Shown here piece after piece: positions 11,440 to 27,346 of a DNA stretch of 64,000 bases. The DNA lies in the NCBI GenBank assembly GCA_951406725.2, contig OX597818.1:29512001-29576000 (forward strand), written 5' to 3'. Source of the stretch: Octopus vulgaris. Its lineage: Eukaryota. Positions within the stretch are counted from its first letter, which is position 1. Each line of letters opens with the position of its first letter. The notes below the pieces were generated by a model that was given only the letters and a program-made list of their open reading frames with translations, searched no databases and was not told the DNA's origin. Made by a program: the position numbers and the translations under genes.

Positions 11440-13700
11440 TTAAAAACTCACAGCTTATTTTGCTGGGTATGATAGAAAGTGTCAGCTGTCCACAGCAAGC
11501 AGACTAACGTGACACTTATTCACTGGTCAGGCTTCAAGAACTCTGCGAAGAATTCTTGCAGTTCCAAGCAATGCCGATTTTTGTAGGTGTTCTACCTTCA
11601 CACTTACACCGATCTGTTTCAGTCATGTTGGTAGTTGAGAGCTAATACTTCCAAGTGAACCAATTGCTATTTTTTCTTCTTTCACATTGATCTTATTGTC
11701 ACCGGGGCATGCTATGTCGATTATCATGCATGTTCTTTTTATTCACCATAATAATGTCCGGTTTCCGATGTCTGGTCAGGTGATCGCGCTGGATCATTGT
11801 ATCCCACAGGATTTTGCAATTCTCATTTTCGGTGTCTCCTTCTGGGGTTTATTCATAACACAACTTTGCTCTTTGTGATTTCCACAGAGATTCCAATGGA
11901 TCATTCTTGCCAAATTGTCGGTAGTGTCAGTATCTAATTTAATGGCTGCTGTTTGCTTGAGCTTTCGTCTTACAAAATTTGCTTTAGCATACTTATCAAG
12001 GCCAAAATCCATCCCGATGTCATTGCTGAACTCTTTAACAGTTGATAACAGCCCTACTAGCTCTTCGGCATTTTTAGCAAACAGCTTCAAATCGTCCATA
12101 TAAAGCAGATAATTTACTATAATGTTATATATTTTGAACCCATACCTGGTGTTACTCAGTTTGTTTGAGAGTGGAATCAGTGCCATGCAAAAGAGTAATG
12201 GGGAGAGAGAATCATCTTAAAAGATGCCTCGTATGATGATGCTGTTAGATTGGCTCATCCCCTTACTATGGCCATGCTACCTTATAAAAATTTAGAGACT
12301 ACAGGAGAGATCATGTATATCTCAAGGGCTTTGTGTAGCCAATTATGTGGGACACTATTAAACCCTTTCATGTAGTCTATCCACACCATACTCAGGTTCT
12401 TCTTGCTGCTCCACCAATTCTCTACAATCATTTTATTTCTGAGTAATTGAACTTTGCATCCATAAGAATTCCTTTTACAACCTTTTTGAGCTTGTGGAAG
12501 GATAGAATTCTGTTCCAGGAAAGTGCATATTCTTCCAGTTAGTATGGATTTGAGGATCTCGTAGGTGGTGTTGAGACATGTAAATGGTCGGAAGTTCTGT
12601 GGATTTTTCGCGTCTTCTGTTTTTGGTGGAAGGTAAATTGTTCCTTCGGTCAGTTAGGCAAGCTCTGGGTTCTGGATGACATCAGTTAGGGATGTAGCAA
12701 AATTTTGGTGTACTTCTGTCAAACAATACAGTCAGACGTTAGGGATCCGGCCCAGTCCTGGGGTTCTCCAATTGTGAGACTTTCTAAGAACGCATAATAG
12801 TTCTTCTACTCCTATTGGCTTCCATTTCTGCTCTTCAACTTCATCCAGTCTCATTTTCTCCTTTTCTATCCAGTGAGCTTCAGCATTATATTCTTTTTTA
12901 TTGCTCCATATCTTCTTCCAGAACTCTTCTATTTCCTCAGTCTTGGGTGGGTCTTTTACTTCTATCTTGCTTTTGCCAATTTTCCTGTAAAATGTTTTTG
13001 CATCCGTCTTGAATACCTTGTTTTGTCGATAAAATGTGATTCTTTTGTTATACCTTCTGAACCGTTGGGCTTCCAGTTGTATTCATTGTTTCACTAGTTC
13101 CTTGGTTGCAAGGAGGTTTATAAAATCTTTGATTTTATATTTTTGCTTAATTTTTCTAGCTTGTCTCGTCTTAAAATTTACTCTGTAGCAAGTTCATCGA
13201 GAACTAATACATCCTCCCGCAAAATTTCGATCTCTTTTTGTATTGCTACTTTCCACTTAGGAAGACTAGTGACATGGTTGGTCCTTTTCTGTGTCGTCCT
13301 GATACCTAATTGAGCAGTAACAACTTTAAGCAGTGGAATAGATGAGGTTATTTAAGGTTGTTAGGTCATGTCCCTTATTTCTTAAGATCTGAGAGCAATA
13401 TTATATATCATGATTATGTTGATACTTTTTTTTTGTTGTTTGAAAGCTTTGGTAGCGGTTCTCTATTGCTCATGTTAGTAAACTCAGTCTTGCTGAGTTC
13501 TCTCATATCTTCCTTTGCTTCAATGATCTTCTCTTTATTATTTACCTCAAATTCTGTGTCATCTCTATTATGGTGTTCTTGAGATAAGTCTACTTTCTCT
13601 TCTTTTTCCGCCTATTTCTTCTTTGCTATGCACTACTCGTACACTGGGTTCTGTGCATCTTTTACCTATTTCATCTGCTGTTTTCATTTGGTCTACCATG
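11440..13700 (-). mobile_element. Decayed, internally deleted Dong/R4 LINE
   Basis: LLYMDDLKL..DIGMDFGLDK (11794-12186), NFRPFTCLNTTY, QKGCKRNSYGCK and LQKSALLGTARILRRVL* 3' end. Confidence 0.85.
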
Positions 13701-13739
13701 GGATATTTATTATTATTATTATTATTATTATCATTATTA

Positions 13740-14958
13740 TTCTATGTTTGACTTTTGCTTTATATTTGTACAAGTTGGCTCCAAGTCTCACCCAGAGACC
13801 TCAAGAGACAACAGGGTTGGAAGTTCATGTTGTTGTTATGCCTAGTGTGCCATATATTGGGGGGTGGGGATGTTGTACTAATGAATGTCTAAAAAAAAAA
13901 AGTTTTTTTTTTTTTTTTTTTTTTAAACCGAAAATTATGGTTGTTTTAAACCTTGAGGTTACATAGAGAGTATTTTGCGTAGGATATGAGCAGTTCCCAT
14001 GAGCACTATCTTTTGAACTTCTGCCATTTTTGGGTTTCCTGGTATCTGAGTTAGGTAGCTATCAGCCCCTTTTGCTATCATTCCCAGGGCACCTATGACA
14101 ACAGGTATTGTTTTAGTCTTCAGCTTCCACATTTTGCTGATTTCTATTTCAAGATCTTTATATTTGCTCAGTTTTTGGTAGGTCCTGACAGATACGTTTA
14201 TATCGATTGGGACAGTCATATCAATGAGGAGGCATGTTCTTTGTTTGAAGTCTTTCAATATGATGTCTGGCCTATTTGCATCTATCTTCCTGTCAGTTTG
14301 AATGGTGAAGTTCCAGAGGAGTGAGATGTGGTCATTTTCAAGCACTGGGGGTGGTTTGTGTTCCCACCAGTTTTTTTCATGGGGCAAATCCAGGTTTTTA
14401 CAGATTACCCAGTGAATATATTGTGCAGCTCTATCGTGCCTGTTGAGATACTCTGTAGGCGCTAGAAGACTGCACTTGGAGACCACATGGTCAATGGTTT
14501 CATTTTGTTGCTTGCATACACGACACGTTGGACTGCTTCTGATCTTTAATATGTTGGCCTGGTAGTTTCTTGTTGGTAGGCATTGATCTTGAGCTGCTAT
14601 GATAAACCCCTCTGTTTCAGATTTTAAGCCAGAGGCCATTAGCCATTGATGGGTCAGGGCTTTGTCGATATCTGCATTATTCGCTCTCTTTGGGTATTTG
14701 CCATAGAGAGGTTTTTCTTGCCATTTATTATTCAGAATATCTAAGGCCGCAGTTTTGGCACGGGTTTTCATGCGCCTAGCTTTTTCTGTGCTTGTTTCTT
14801 GTATGTCTATCTCTAATTCCGAAATTGGTTGTATTCGGAATTCACTTAGATATTCCTTTGCCTGTTTTGTGACTGAGTATGATGCTTTCTTGTTTTCATG
14901 TTTTGAGACAAGTTTTAACATCCAGTCCTCAGAGTTTTTCAGGTAGGTGTCTAGGCCA

Positions 14959-14960
<2 letters not shown>
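13740..14960 (-). mobile_element. Young 5'-truncated Dong/R4 LINE (restriction-like endonuclease C-terminus), flanked by (TTA)n
   Basis: Uninterrupted 320-aa ORF 13959-14921 with CRVC..ETIDHVVSKC (CCHC), RHD, RPDII, IDMTVP..K..KY; (TTA)n at 13706-13740 and 14960-15013. Confidence 0.92.
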
Positions 14961-15000
<40 letters not shown>

Positions 15001-15059
15001 CATTATTATTATTAATTTTCTTTTCCTTCCATGCTTTTTTCTTTTTTTTTTCTTTTGTT

Positions 15060-15609
15060 CATTTCTTGTTTAAATTTTTCTTTGGTTACATAATTGTCAG
15101 TTTTGATGATGCCGGCCTTCTTCGTGTGTTTCAACAGTGGCTCCACGGCGTTTTTTTATATACCACCCAAAGCCGTTTTCCTCTGCTTCGATACAGTCCT
15201 GGCAACTAATCAAAACTCTCCCACCCTTTCTTCTGGACAAGTACAGCCTATCGGTGTCACTCTTACGATGGAAGGCTCCATGTACTGTCAACTTATTTCT
15301 GATCTTAGCATCAATTTTCTTCATTTCTCTCTTTTGCCATTTTATAATTCCCACTCCATACCAAAGTGATGTTATCGTCCACATATTAATTCTTGGGTTT
15401 TATACCATCCAGTCTTCGGAAATACTCCATACTCAGTTGCTTTTTCATTTCGTTTTCCATTATCTCGTGCACTCTAGTTCACCAAGGTATTTGTATCCTT
15501 CTGTTTCAATTTGATTAATCAAGTCTCTATTCGGTAATTCAATTCCTGCTAGGGACTGTAGCTTGTCTCTTTTAAAGTAGATTACTCCGCACTTTTTGAG
15601 TTCAAATTC

Positions 15610-15611
<2 letters not shown>
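15060..15611 (-). mobile_element. Dong/R4 LINE RT-thumb fragment
   Basis: MEFELKKC, YKYLGELE, IDAKIRNKL..HGAFHRKSDTDRLYLSRRKGGR; 5' junction in (TTA)n 15612-15649. Confidence 0.8.
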
Positions 15612-15650
<39 letters not shown>

Positions 15651-16450
15651 GACAAGACGAAGAGCGCGATGCGATTGTAATAGATATTTTATTGGTTGGA
15701 CGATATTTCGACAGCAAGCCTGTCTTTGTTGAGGTCAAAATAAAAAGAAATAAAAATTCAAAATTATAAAAATTCGAATCTAAAGCATGAACGAGAGCAG
15801 CCAGCGTCCACACGTTGATGGAATGACATCATCAGTCTTTAAGTTACAATTTTATAACAGGTGAAAAGAAAAAAAAATGAGGAAAGAAAAAAGAAAAGGA
15901 AAAAGATGAATATTTATTCAAACAGTTTTGTGTAAATTTGATGATGTTCTTTTGTCATTTTATTCATCCCTCCTGGGCGTGAGGCTAATAACCCGCAAAC
16001 GTATTTCTCCTCATGCATTTTGAGAAGTGAAAGGGAAATAGATTCAGAATATTTTCTGCGAATATGCACTTTCAAGTCTTTTTCAAAATTGCAGCCGTTT
16101 GAAGCAAAAATTGTTCAGCAAATTCTGTCTAACTACTGTTATTGTGTCTAGTGTTATATCTGTGCCCATTAAATCTTTTGTTTAATTGTTCTGTTGTACA
16201 ACCAACATAAATTGTGTTTCGTGCATTCTGCTGCGAACACCAAATGGGAATCAAGCGCTACCCACATCCTAAAACCCTATCAATTTAAATGTATGTGTTG
16301 TATTACATGAAGATATTTTGCTACTTCCCCTCTCACTTGCCCTCCCCAAGTTTTCAGTCATACAGTAACATCTCTTATCCTTCACCCGCCCTAAGATGCT
16401 GGGTGTATCTCTGCGAGTGATTTTAACAAACATAAAAGTAAATAATAAAA

Positions 16451-16487
<37 letters not shown>

Positions 16488-16585
16488 CGACGACGACGAC
16501 GACGATGACGACGATGATGACAACACCAACAACAACAACAGTAGCAGCAGCAGCAACAATAATGATAAATATAGAAATAATAGAT

Positions 16586-17105
16586 CGAATGTTGTGTTAG
16601 AAGCAGCTCTATAATGTAAACATTATCAATATCGTATACTTAATATATGTGTTATTAAACGTTACAAAGCTGCAGTACTTCATCTAAGGGAGATCCCTTT
16701 AAAGACGTATGGCGTTAAAACAACACAACATACTTCGAAACTAGGTGAAACGAAACCGCCTCGGAAGTCTACGAGAGCAACAAACAGCGATATTTTGCAG
16801 TTATTTCCACTCATGAGTGCCACATACAGCCACTTCCGAAACGAGTCGCAACAACCAGCCAGAAGTGTGTATACAAATAGCGTAAAATCTATTTATTGAT
16901 GTGAAAATGTGTCGCGCAAGTAAAACAAAATTCGGTAGCTATCGCTCTCATTCACTTCCGAGCGATTTCGTTTCACCTATTCTTTAAAGGGATCTCCTTT
17001 AAAGGAAAGAAATACTGTAGCTTTTTAGTGTTTAATAACAAACATACAATGATGTGATATTGATAATGTTTACATTATTGAACTACATCTAACACAAAAT
17101 TCGAA
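16586..17105. mobile_element. Foldback/MITE-like element with long imperfect inverted arms
   Basis: ATAATGTAAACATTATCAATATC / GATATTGATAATGTTTACATTAT; GAGATCCCTTTAAAGA / TCTTTAAAGGGATCTC; TAGGTGAAACGAAA / TTTCGTTTCACCTA. A second right arm lies at about 17435-17580. Confidence 0.7.
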
Positions 17106-17258
17106 GTTTGTTTTACTTGTGTCACGCTTTTGCATATCTATGTATAACTTTTATTTTATTTGTATGCATGCTTCGGCTGGCTATTGCAATTCATTTTGGA
17201 TGTGGTGAAATATGTGACACTGATGAACAGAAATAACTACAAAATATCGCTGACAGTC

Positions 17259-17356
17259 GTGTCTGGGGAGAGTCATTTTCTTTTTGTGCCTTATAATTTT
17301 ACCGGTGAGTGTGTTACATTATAAGGCACAAAAAGAAAATGACTCTCCCCAGACAC
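17259..17356. repeat. Perfect 39-bp inverted repeat with 20-nt spacer
   Basis: 17259-17297 is the exact reverse complement of 17318-17356. Confidence 0.9.
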
Positions 17357-18029
17357 AACAGAATATGCTTCTACGCACGAACTCATATAAAGAATCTTGC
17401 AAACCAAATCCAAAAACGAAAAATGGCTGACTGTCGCTCTCGTTCACTTCTGGATGATTTCGTTTCGCCTAGTTTTGAAGTATGCTGTCTTAACATTATA
17501 CGTCTTTAAATAACCTCCTTATGACGAAACACCGCATCTCTGTAGCGTTTAACAACACACATTTAGTATGTGATATTGATGATGAGGATGGTGAGGATGA
17601 TGACGACGACGACGACGATGACCACGACTACAACGACCACGACTACGACCACGACTACGACCACGACGATGGTAATGATAATGATGATGATCTTCTTGCC
17701 ACGAGAGTAATGGGGAGATTACTAAGTTAATTACAAACACAAAATTGGGCTATTTTTTAACTATGCACACACATACAGAGACTTATACATGCATGAATAT
17801 GTGTTCAACTTACCTTGGGCTCTCAACACTGAGAGGGTTGCCATCGTGAAATACGGCATTTCCAGGCACTGCCAATTTCTTCTAAACAAAGACAGATGTC
17901 TGAGTACGTGTGCGTGTGCGTGCGTGCATGCGTGCGTGCGTGCGTGTGTGTGTGTGTGTATAGAAATACATACGTGTGCATATATACATGCGTATGTTTG
18001 TACATACATATATTTGTGAGTGTATGTTG

Positions 18030-18070
<41 letters not shown>

Positions 18071-18147
18071 GTGAATGAATTATCCTATGTTTATCGTCAG
18101 CATGGAAAATTCGTTTAATTCGAGAAAATTCGAGAGAGGCTCCCTTT

Positions 18148-18229
18148 CTTTCCCGATGAGAAGATTGCATAATGCACCCTTTATTCCTTTGGAATGAAAA
18201 CGTGTTGTCTTCGAAACATATGTCGAGAG
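18148..18229 (+). ncRNA. Type I hammerhead motif (core U4C), same family as 61878-61966
   Basis: CUUUC-CCGAUGA-GAAGAU...GUCUUC-GAAAC-AUAU-GUC-GAGAG; shares the internal TTTATTCCTTTGGAAT with the 61.9-kb copy. Confidence 0.7.
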
Positions 18230-18276
18230 TAAAGGAATTTTGTTAACATCTTCGTTCGACTCCATTCTTTCATTTA

Positions 18277-18404
<128 letters not shown>

Positions 18405-18608
18405 CATATATATATACCTACACACCTACACACACACACAAACATACATATATACATGCATATACACATATGCACGCGCGCACGCATTATGGATATACTG
18501 CAAATATTTTCAATCGTTAAACCATGGTCTTCTGCTTGAGAGAAAGCGAGATGTTCTGATAGAGACGTCATTTAAGGTGACAGGAAAACATCGATTGACA
18601 GCTGAATG

Positions 18609-18659
<51 letters not shown>

Positions 18660-18685
18660 GTATGTATACACATACACATACACAC

Positions 18686-18872
<187 letters not shown>

Positions 18873-19929
18873 ATATCTTCATATTTTGGTAAGCTCCTCA
18901 ATCAAAACTATCTTCTTATGTCCAATTCCTTTACGATTAGCAGGAGAAAATAAATGTGGGAAAACATCGATTAAAGAAGTGTGCTCCGTCTCACTTGTTT
19001 TTATTCTGAATCCGGTTCTTGTGGTTGTTGTTGTTTTAAGCTGTTGATGCAATAACTCATTTTAGTGACTTTTTTCCTTTTCTTTTTATTAAAGTTATAT
19101 GTCTCTATTAAAATTCATCGTGGACAGTCAGATTATTCGTGATCTGTATCTATTAACTATATAAGATATGTGTGCATACATGCGTACATGGATATATGGG
19201 TGTTCGTGTATATCTGTGCTAATACGCAAAAACACGCAAATATAAAGAGAAAATGGTGGAAAGAGATGGATGTTAAGGCATGAGTATGAGTGGATTCATC
19301 AACGTTTAATAGAAAATTAATTTGAAAGCAAAGCGTATGAATTTCAATAAAAGAACAAGAGGAAGACACATTGAGAAAGCAACATACTCTGGCCAACTGA
19401 CTTGATTACTAACATATGTATATGCATGTGACTGCGGAATTTGAACTCAGAACGTAACGGCAGACGAAATACGGCTACGCATTTCGTCCGGCGTGCTAAT
19501 GTTTTTGCCAGCTCGCCGCCTTACAGTAACTAAAATTAATGACTACACTTTTATTCTATCATATTACGTAATCACCACTCGCTACACTGCCAAGCCAGTA
19601 TCCAACAAAATGCGTTAAATTTAATTAATTGAAACATGAAGCCGAGAAAGTTACTTAAAACGTTTGTTTGTTTTTGTTGGTGGCTTGAAAAGTTCGCGAA
19701 ACTATCTAATCTCTCATATCATACCTCAATAAGTACTCCATGGGATAAAAACTGGCCAGTAGAATGACCAGTGAAGGGTAAAGTAAATCATCTGGGCAGA
19801 ATATACTGGACGATCCGGACAAATTGTTATCCGATGTTATTCACCAATCGACATATTGGTATATTAACCACAGAGTATAATAGCAATGAAAGAATGAAGA
19901 ATTATATTTTTTGATATATTCATTCACCG

Positions 19930-20047
19930 TTATGGACGTTTCGAATGGCTTGAGGAACTGTTTCCTCAATATATACTGACATGCATGCATAATAAGTCAA
20001 TTCATTAACGGAACAGTTAGCTCGCAGTGATTCTCTTCAGAACACAA
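19930..20047 (-). ncRNA. Degenerate type I hammerhead motif with long stem II
   Basis: Minus: UUGUGUU-CUGAAGA-GAAU...AUUC-GAAAC-GUC-CAUAA. Stem I is out of register by 2 nt. Confidence 0.45.
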
Positions 20048-20330
20048 AATTATTATAGTAGATTTTCAGATTTTCCTGCAAAGAACCTTGTGGATGTGGG
20101 ATTGTAGATAACAAACAGAGCAAATTACCTTCTTTGATTTATTATATACTTGCCAAAATCGCAGACTTGAAAGATCAAGATGTTATCAAGCGTTGGAGCC
20201 TGTTTGTCTGTGAGAATGTAACTCAAGAAACATTAGTTTTATATTTTTCTAACTTCTTCCTCTCCGATAACGGTATACCTGGTTATAGAATCCTTATCCA
20301 ATATCATGATCCATATGCTTGGCTATTCTA

Positions 20331-21616
20331 TTAGGTTGGCAACTAAATTCCTGCCGTTTATTTTAAATTTAAATTTTTTAAAAGGTTTAATAAAAAATAT
20401 CAACTGATTAATCAATAATGTATTCACCCTTGTTGTTTACAACTTCTTCCCAACGTTCAACAAGATTTTCAATACCTCGTTGGTAGAAATCACCCGATTT
20501 TGACTCGAAAAATTGATCCAACCAAGCTCTCAATTCTGCATCAGTTTTGAACGAAAGTCCGCGCATGGTATTTGAAAGAGATCGAAAGAGGTAAAATCCG
20601 TTGGTGCTAAATCAGGAGAGTACGGCGGGTGTGGCAGCACTTCCCAACCATGCGTTTGAATGACTTCTTTGGTCATATTGGCGATATGAGGATGGGCGTT
20701 TTCGTGCATCAGAAGAACTCCATACTGCCGATTAGGTCTTTTCTCTTGAATAGCCGTGTTGAGGCGTTCCATCTGTTGAACATAGAGTTCCGCGTTGACC
20801 GTTTGGTTCCGTTCAAGCAATTCGTAATGGATAATCCCTTCCTAGTCCCACCATACGCACAACATCGTTTTACGCGGATGAAGATCTTGTTTCACGCGCG
20901 GTGTCGCTTGTTTACCGTGGCTAAGCCATTCCTTACGCTGCTTCATATTGTTGTACAGGCACCATTTTTCGTCGCCAGTAACGATTCGGTAAAGAAATCG
21001 TTGCTTGTGTCCATGAGTTGAGCGTTGACGAGCAAGCAAACCAGTGGAGATTGTAGCTGATTTTTGCTGTTGTCACTTAAAGCATGCGGAACCCATGCTC
21101 CATATTTCTGAACCTTTCCCATCGAGTGAAGATGCTTCTCTATAGCAGTGTAGGAGCATTCCATTTTCTTTTCCAGTTCCCTTGTCGTTTGACGAGAATT
21201 TTCGTGCAAAAGTTTGTTTAATCGCTCTTCATCGAACTCAACTGGACGGCCAGAACGAGGTGCATCTTTGAGGTCAAAATTTCCATTTTTGAACTTGGCA
21301 TACCAATCACGAGCGGTTCTTTCAGCTATGACACCTTCCCCATACAAAGCACAAATGTCTCGAGCAGCTTTTGTGGCCTTAGAACCTTGATTAAAAGCAA
21401 AAAGACGGAGGTGTCGAAAATGCTCGTTTTTCTTAACATGACATTCCATTTTAATGATCTGAAAATAAACAAAAATTAGCTAAAATCAACTAGAAAAAAA
21501 AGTAGATTCCAAAATGATTCAAAAATAGAATTCTCGAAAAAAATAGGTTCCAAAATTTAAAAACGCAATAAATTCCAAAATTTAAAAAAACCGCTGGAAC
21601 TTAGTTGCCAAACCAA
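20331..21616 (-). mobile_element. Full-length mariner (DD34D) transposon, frameshifted transposase
   Basis: TIRs TTAGGTTGGCAACTAAATTCC / GGAACTTAGTTGCCAAACCAA with TA TSDs; ORFs contain WVPHAL, TGDEKW, HENA.PH and YSPDLAPTDF. Confidence 0.95.
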
Positions 21617-22008
21617 TAAAAATAGCCGTAAGTGACTATCTGTTTATATTCTCAATCTAAATTTAAATGTCTTTTTTTTAATGATGCCAAGAATTTTGCC
21701 TTTTTATCTTTTATTTCATTCAACTATGTAACAAATATATTTATTGACCAATTTATTGCAGTGGGGTGGTATTTAAAGTAACTAGAAGATGGAACGAGGT
21801 AAGGTCAACAGGGTGGATAGTAGTTGTATGTAAAATTTATCAGCTAATAATCTGCTTCTCTATTCTGTGCGAGAAAAAGTAAATTCAAGTAAATAAAATT
21901 TAATAACTGAATTAAGTTGGTTAAGGATTTGATTAAAGATTAAAAATTAGGAAAGAGTATATTACATAATAGATAATTTAACAGGGAAGAGGAATACCAA
22001 ATAAGATA

Positions 22009-22720
22009 AGGTCAGGTCATGTGAGGGGACATGCACCGTTGCAGTGCGTTACTACATTCACCTTTTGTCGGTACATTTCCAGTCAACCCAGATGACCAGT
22101 CGAGTAGAGTTTCAGTCAGTTCCCCATCGCCGCGAGATACCTCTTCACCTGGTGTAACCATGTTGCATGTGATCTACCAACACGAGCATCAACCTAACTG
22201 GATCCTCAGTGAAGAGAACACGGTAAACAAGATCTAACTCGGAAAATCGAGCAACATGACTAAACAGTCTGAACTGACACTCCTGAATCATACAAGAAAC
22301 AGGACGCATCCCAGTTTCTGAGCAGAGCCGTTGGTTGGAGACGAAATCCGACTAATGGTCACCGATAATCCTGGGAAGTGTCCTGGTACCAAAATATTTC
22401 GGGCGGCTCCTAAGGACCCTGAACAGTGTCCAAGTCTCACAACTAGAGCAGGACAGGGTGGACCAAAGACCTAAAGACCCTAATATTTTTCCTGCCCAGA
22501 CATAGGCAGCACCAAAAACCCTTGTCTAATGAATCCACAACCGCACCAGCTCGTCTAAATCGTTTAAGACTTCAGACCCGTAACTAATGACGCTATAAAT
22601 CTCGCTACCGAGGAAGCCAAATTTCTTTCTCAAGATTGTTATTTAGGCAGGGTATTACATATCCCAGTGCCCCAATAATTACCGATATAAACCTGAACTT
22701 GTAATACGAATAGAGTAACT
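22009..22720 (-). mobile_element. Decayed RTE-clade LINE 3' end
   Basis: Minus translation DFVSNQRLCSETG..IQECQFRLFSHVARF..GR...TW; ends in a (TGACC)n tail at 22009-22020. Confidence 0.6.
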
Positions 22721-24213
22721 GTAGATTTCGACATTTCAGCGTAGTTATTCATAGGTATAGATCAGCATAGGTATTCTCTTTTGCGCTGATCTTCAGCCTT
22801 ATGTTAACATCTGTTGGGCAGTTTCTTCTTCTCTATCCCAAATCATTATATCAGGTCTATTGTGTTTACATTTTATTGAAGTTTTCGCTGGGACATTCCA
22901 CCAGTACTCTTTCTTATTAAGAGTGGCTGTGGCTTTTACCATTTTTATTATGAGTGGCTATGACTCGCAAGTATGTATGTATGTATGTATGTATGTATGT
23001 ATGTATGTATGTATGTATGTATGTATGTATGTGTATTCAATTTGGTAGAACTAAAAAAATTCTGATTTTATAATACATCCAAATGGAAATATGTAACAAA
23101 AGAGAGACTGCAGAATATTCCGTTTTTTTTTTTTTTTCACATCAATATCGTTATTTATATATATTTTTAAGTTTCTTAAATAATATTTCCAAGAAATGTT
23201 TTTTTTTAGAATATTGAAAACAGCCATGTTTCCATGGTGGCGACCACAGTTGTATTGAATAAATCACCAAAGTTTAGAGAACGGCATTTCTTGAATCATG
23301 GTTCAATGAATCAGATAACTTACGTTTGATCGCTATCAAAATTATGTTCCGTATCACATGACAGAGATCCACTTACCTGATACAGTCAAAATACCTTTTT
23401 CTATTTAGAAAAAATTACGCCAGCTTTCCTATTAGAGTCGGCGATGTTTCTCCGTAAAAATCAGTTGTTACAAATTTGATTTTTTGTTGTTCATTTTGTT
23501 TGAATTCTGTGCAAAACCCTTTTGATCTGTCGATCAATATTCTTACTTAATTCTACTGGGTATGTAATCAGACGGGTATTTCTGAGAAGTTTTTGGTGCA
23601 TTGATTAATATATCCACTTTTATAAGAAGATATTTTCAAGGGTCACATCCAATAAATTAGATCATGTTACTGATTTATTTTTAGTAAACATAAAGCTCCA
23701 AATTTACCGATATAGACAAAAATGGGATTTTTTTATGTTAATGTCTTTTCCAAGAGTCACTGACTCTAGCCGATTCACCTCAGAAGAAGCGGGTCAGATT
23801 GAGTCTTGAGTGAATCATGAACTCGATTCACATTCCTCGGGAGTTGGGGGAGCGGCTTTCGCATCTTCAATACAGCATGCGATACTGTAACCTACAATCT
23901 CAATTTCTTGTTACAGCAAAATACAGGACTTTGTAAGGATCATTTCTTTCCGAGATGGACTAGCATCATAACGAAAATGAAAGGATTTCAACTTCAATGT
24001 GAATCGAAAAGTTGATGATTTCAAGAGTTTAGTATCTAATGGGCAAATACTTTTGTCTGCTTAGAAAAGGAAATTTTACTGTTCTTATTTCGCGATACGA
24101 CTTAATTCCTTGTATGAAAGATAAGAGACGTAATAAAAAAAAATAGGGTCTTTTTGTATGAACAGGAACTGCTGTTTGTATATTTACACACAGACAAACA
24201 GACAGACAGACAG

Positions 24214-24214
24214 G

Positions 24215-24296
<82 letters not shown>
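24214..24296. repeat. (GATA)n microsatellite at the Tx1 3' junction
   Basis: Direct array. Confidence 0.95.
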
Positions 24297-26822
<2,526 letters not shown>

Positions 26823-27050
26823 GTTTCTTTATTGGCCACACAGGGCTGCACACAGATGGGACAAGTTACAAGGTAGAGCTTTTCTTTTGGGGGATGAAAA
26901 AAAAGGGGGTGGCGTACGTTTTCGATCAAGAGGGATCGTAAAAGGGAAGAAAAGAACAAAAAAAAAGAAAGAAAGAAAAAAAATATAATAAAAAATAAAA
27001 AGAATAAAAGAAAAAAAAGAAAGGGAAAGGAACAAAAGAAAAGAGAAATG
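26823..27050 (-). mobile_element. Second, 3'UTR-only copy of the same Tx1 family
   Basis: Homologous to 24297-24475 (GTTTCTTTATTrGCCACAC...GTAGAGCTTTTCTTTTGGGGG). Confidence 0.85.
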
Positions 27051-27053
27051 AAA

Positions 27054-27346
<293 letters not shown>

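Noticed and set aside
15700-15840. Minus-strand CUGAUGA ... GAAAUAUCGUC
   Set aside because: Stem I does not pair and stem II is not adjacent to the core.
20072-20330. 86-codon open frame after a ttttcag acceptor
   Set aside because: No donor or recognisable homology; lies between a hammerhead remnant and a mariner.
22725-22805. Minus-strand CUGAAGA ... CGCU-GAAAUGUC
   Set aside because: No stem I; stem II register is ambiguous.
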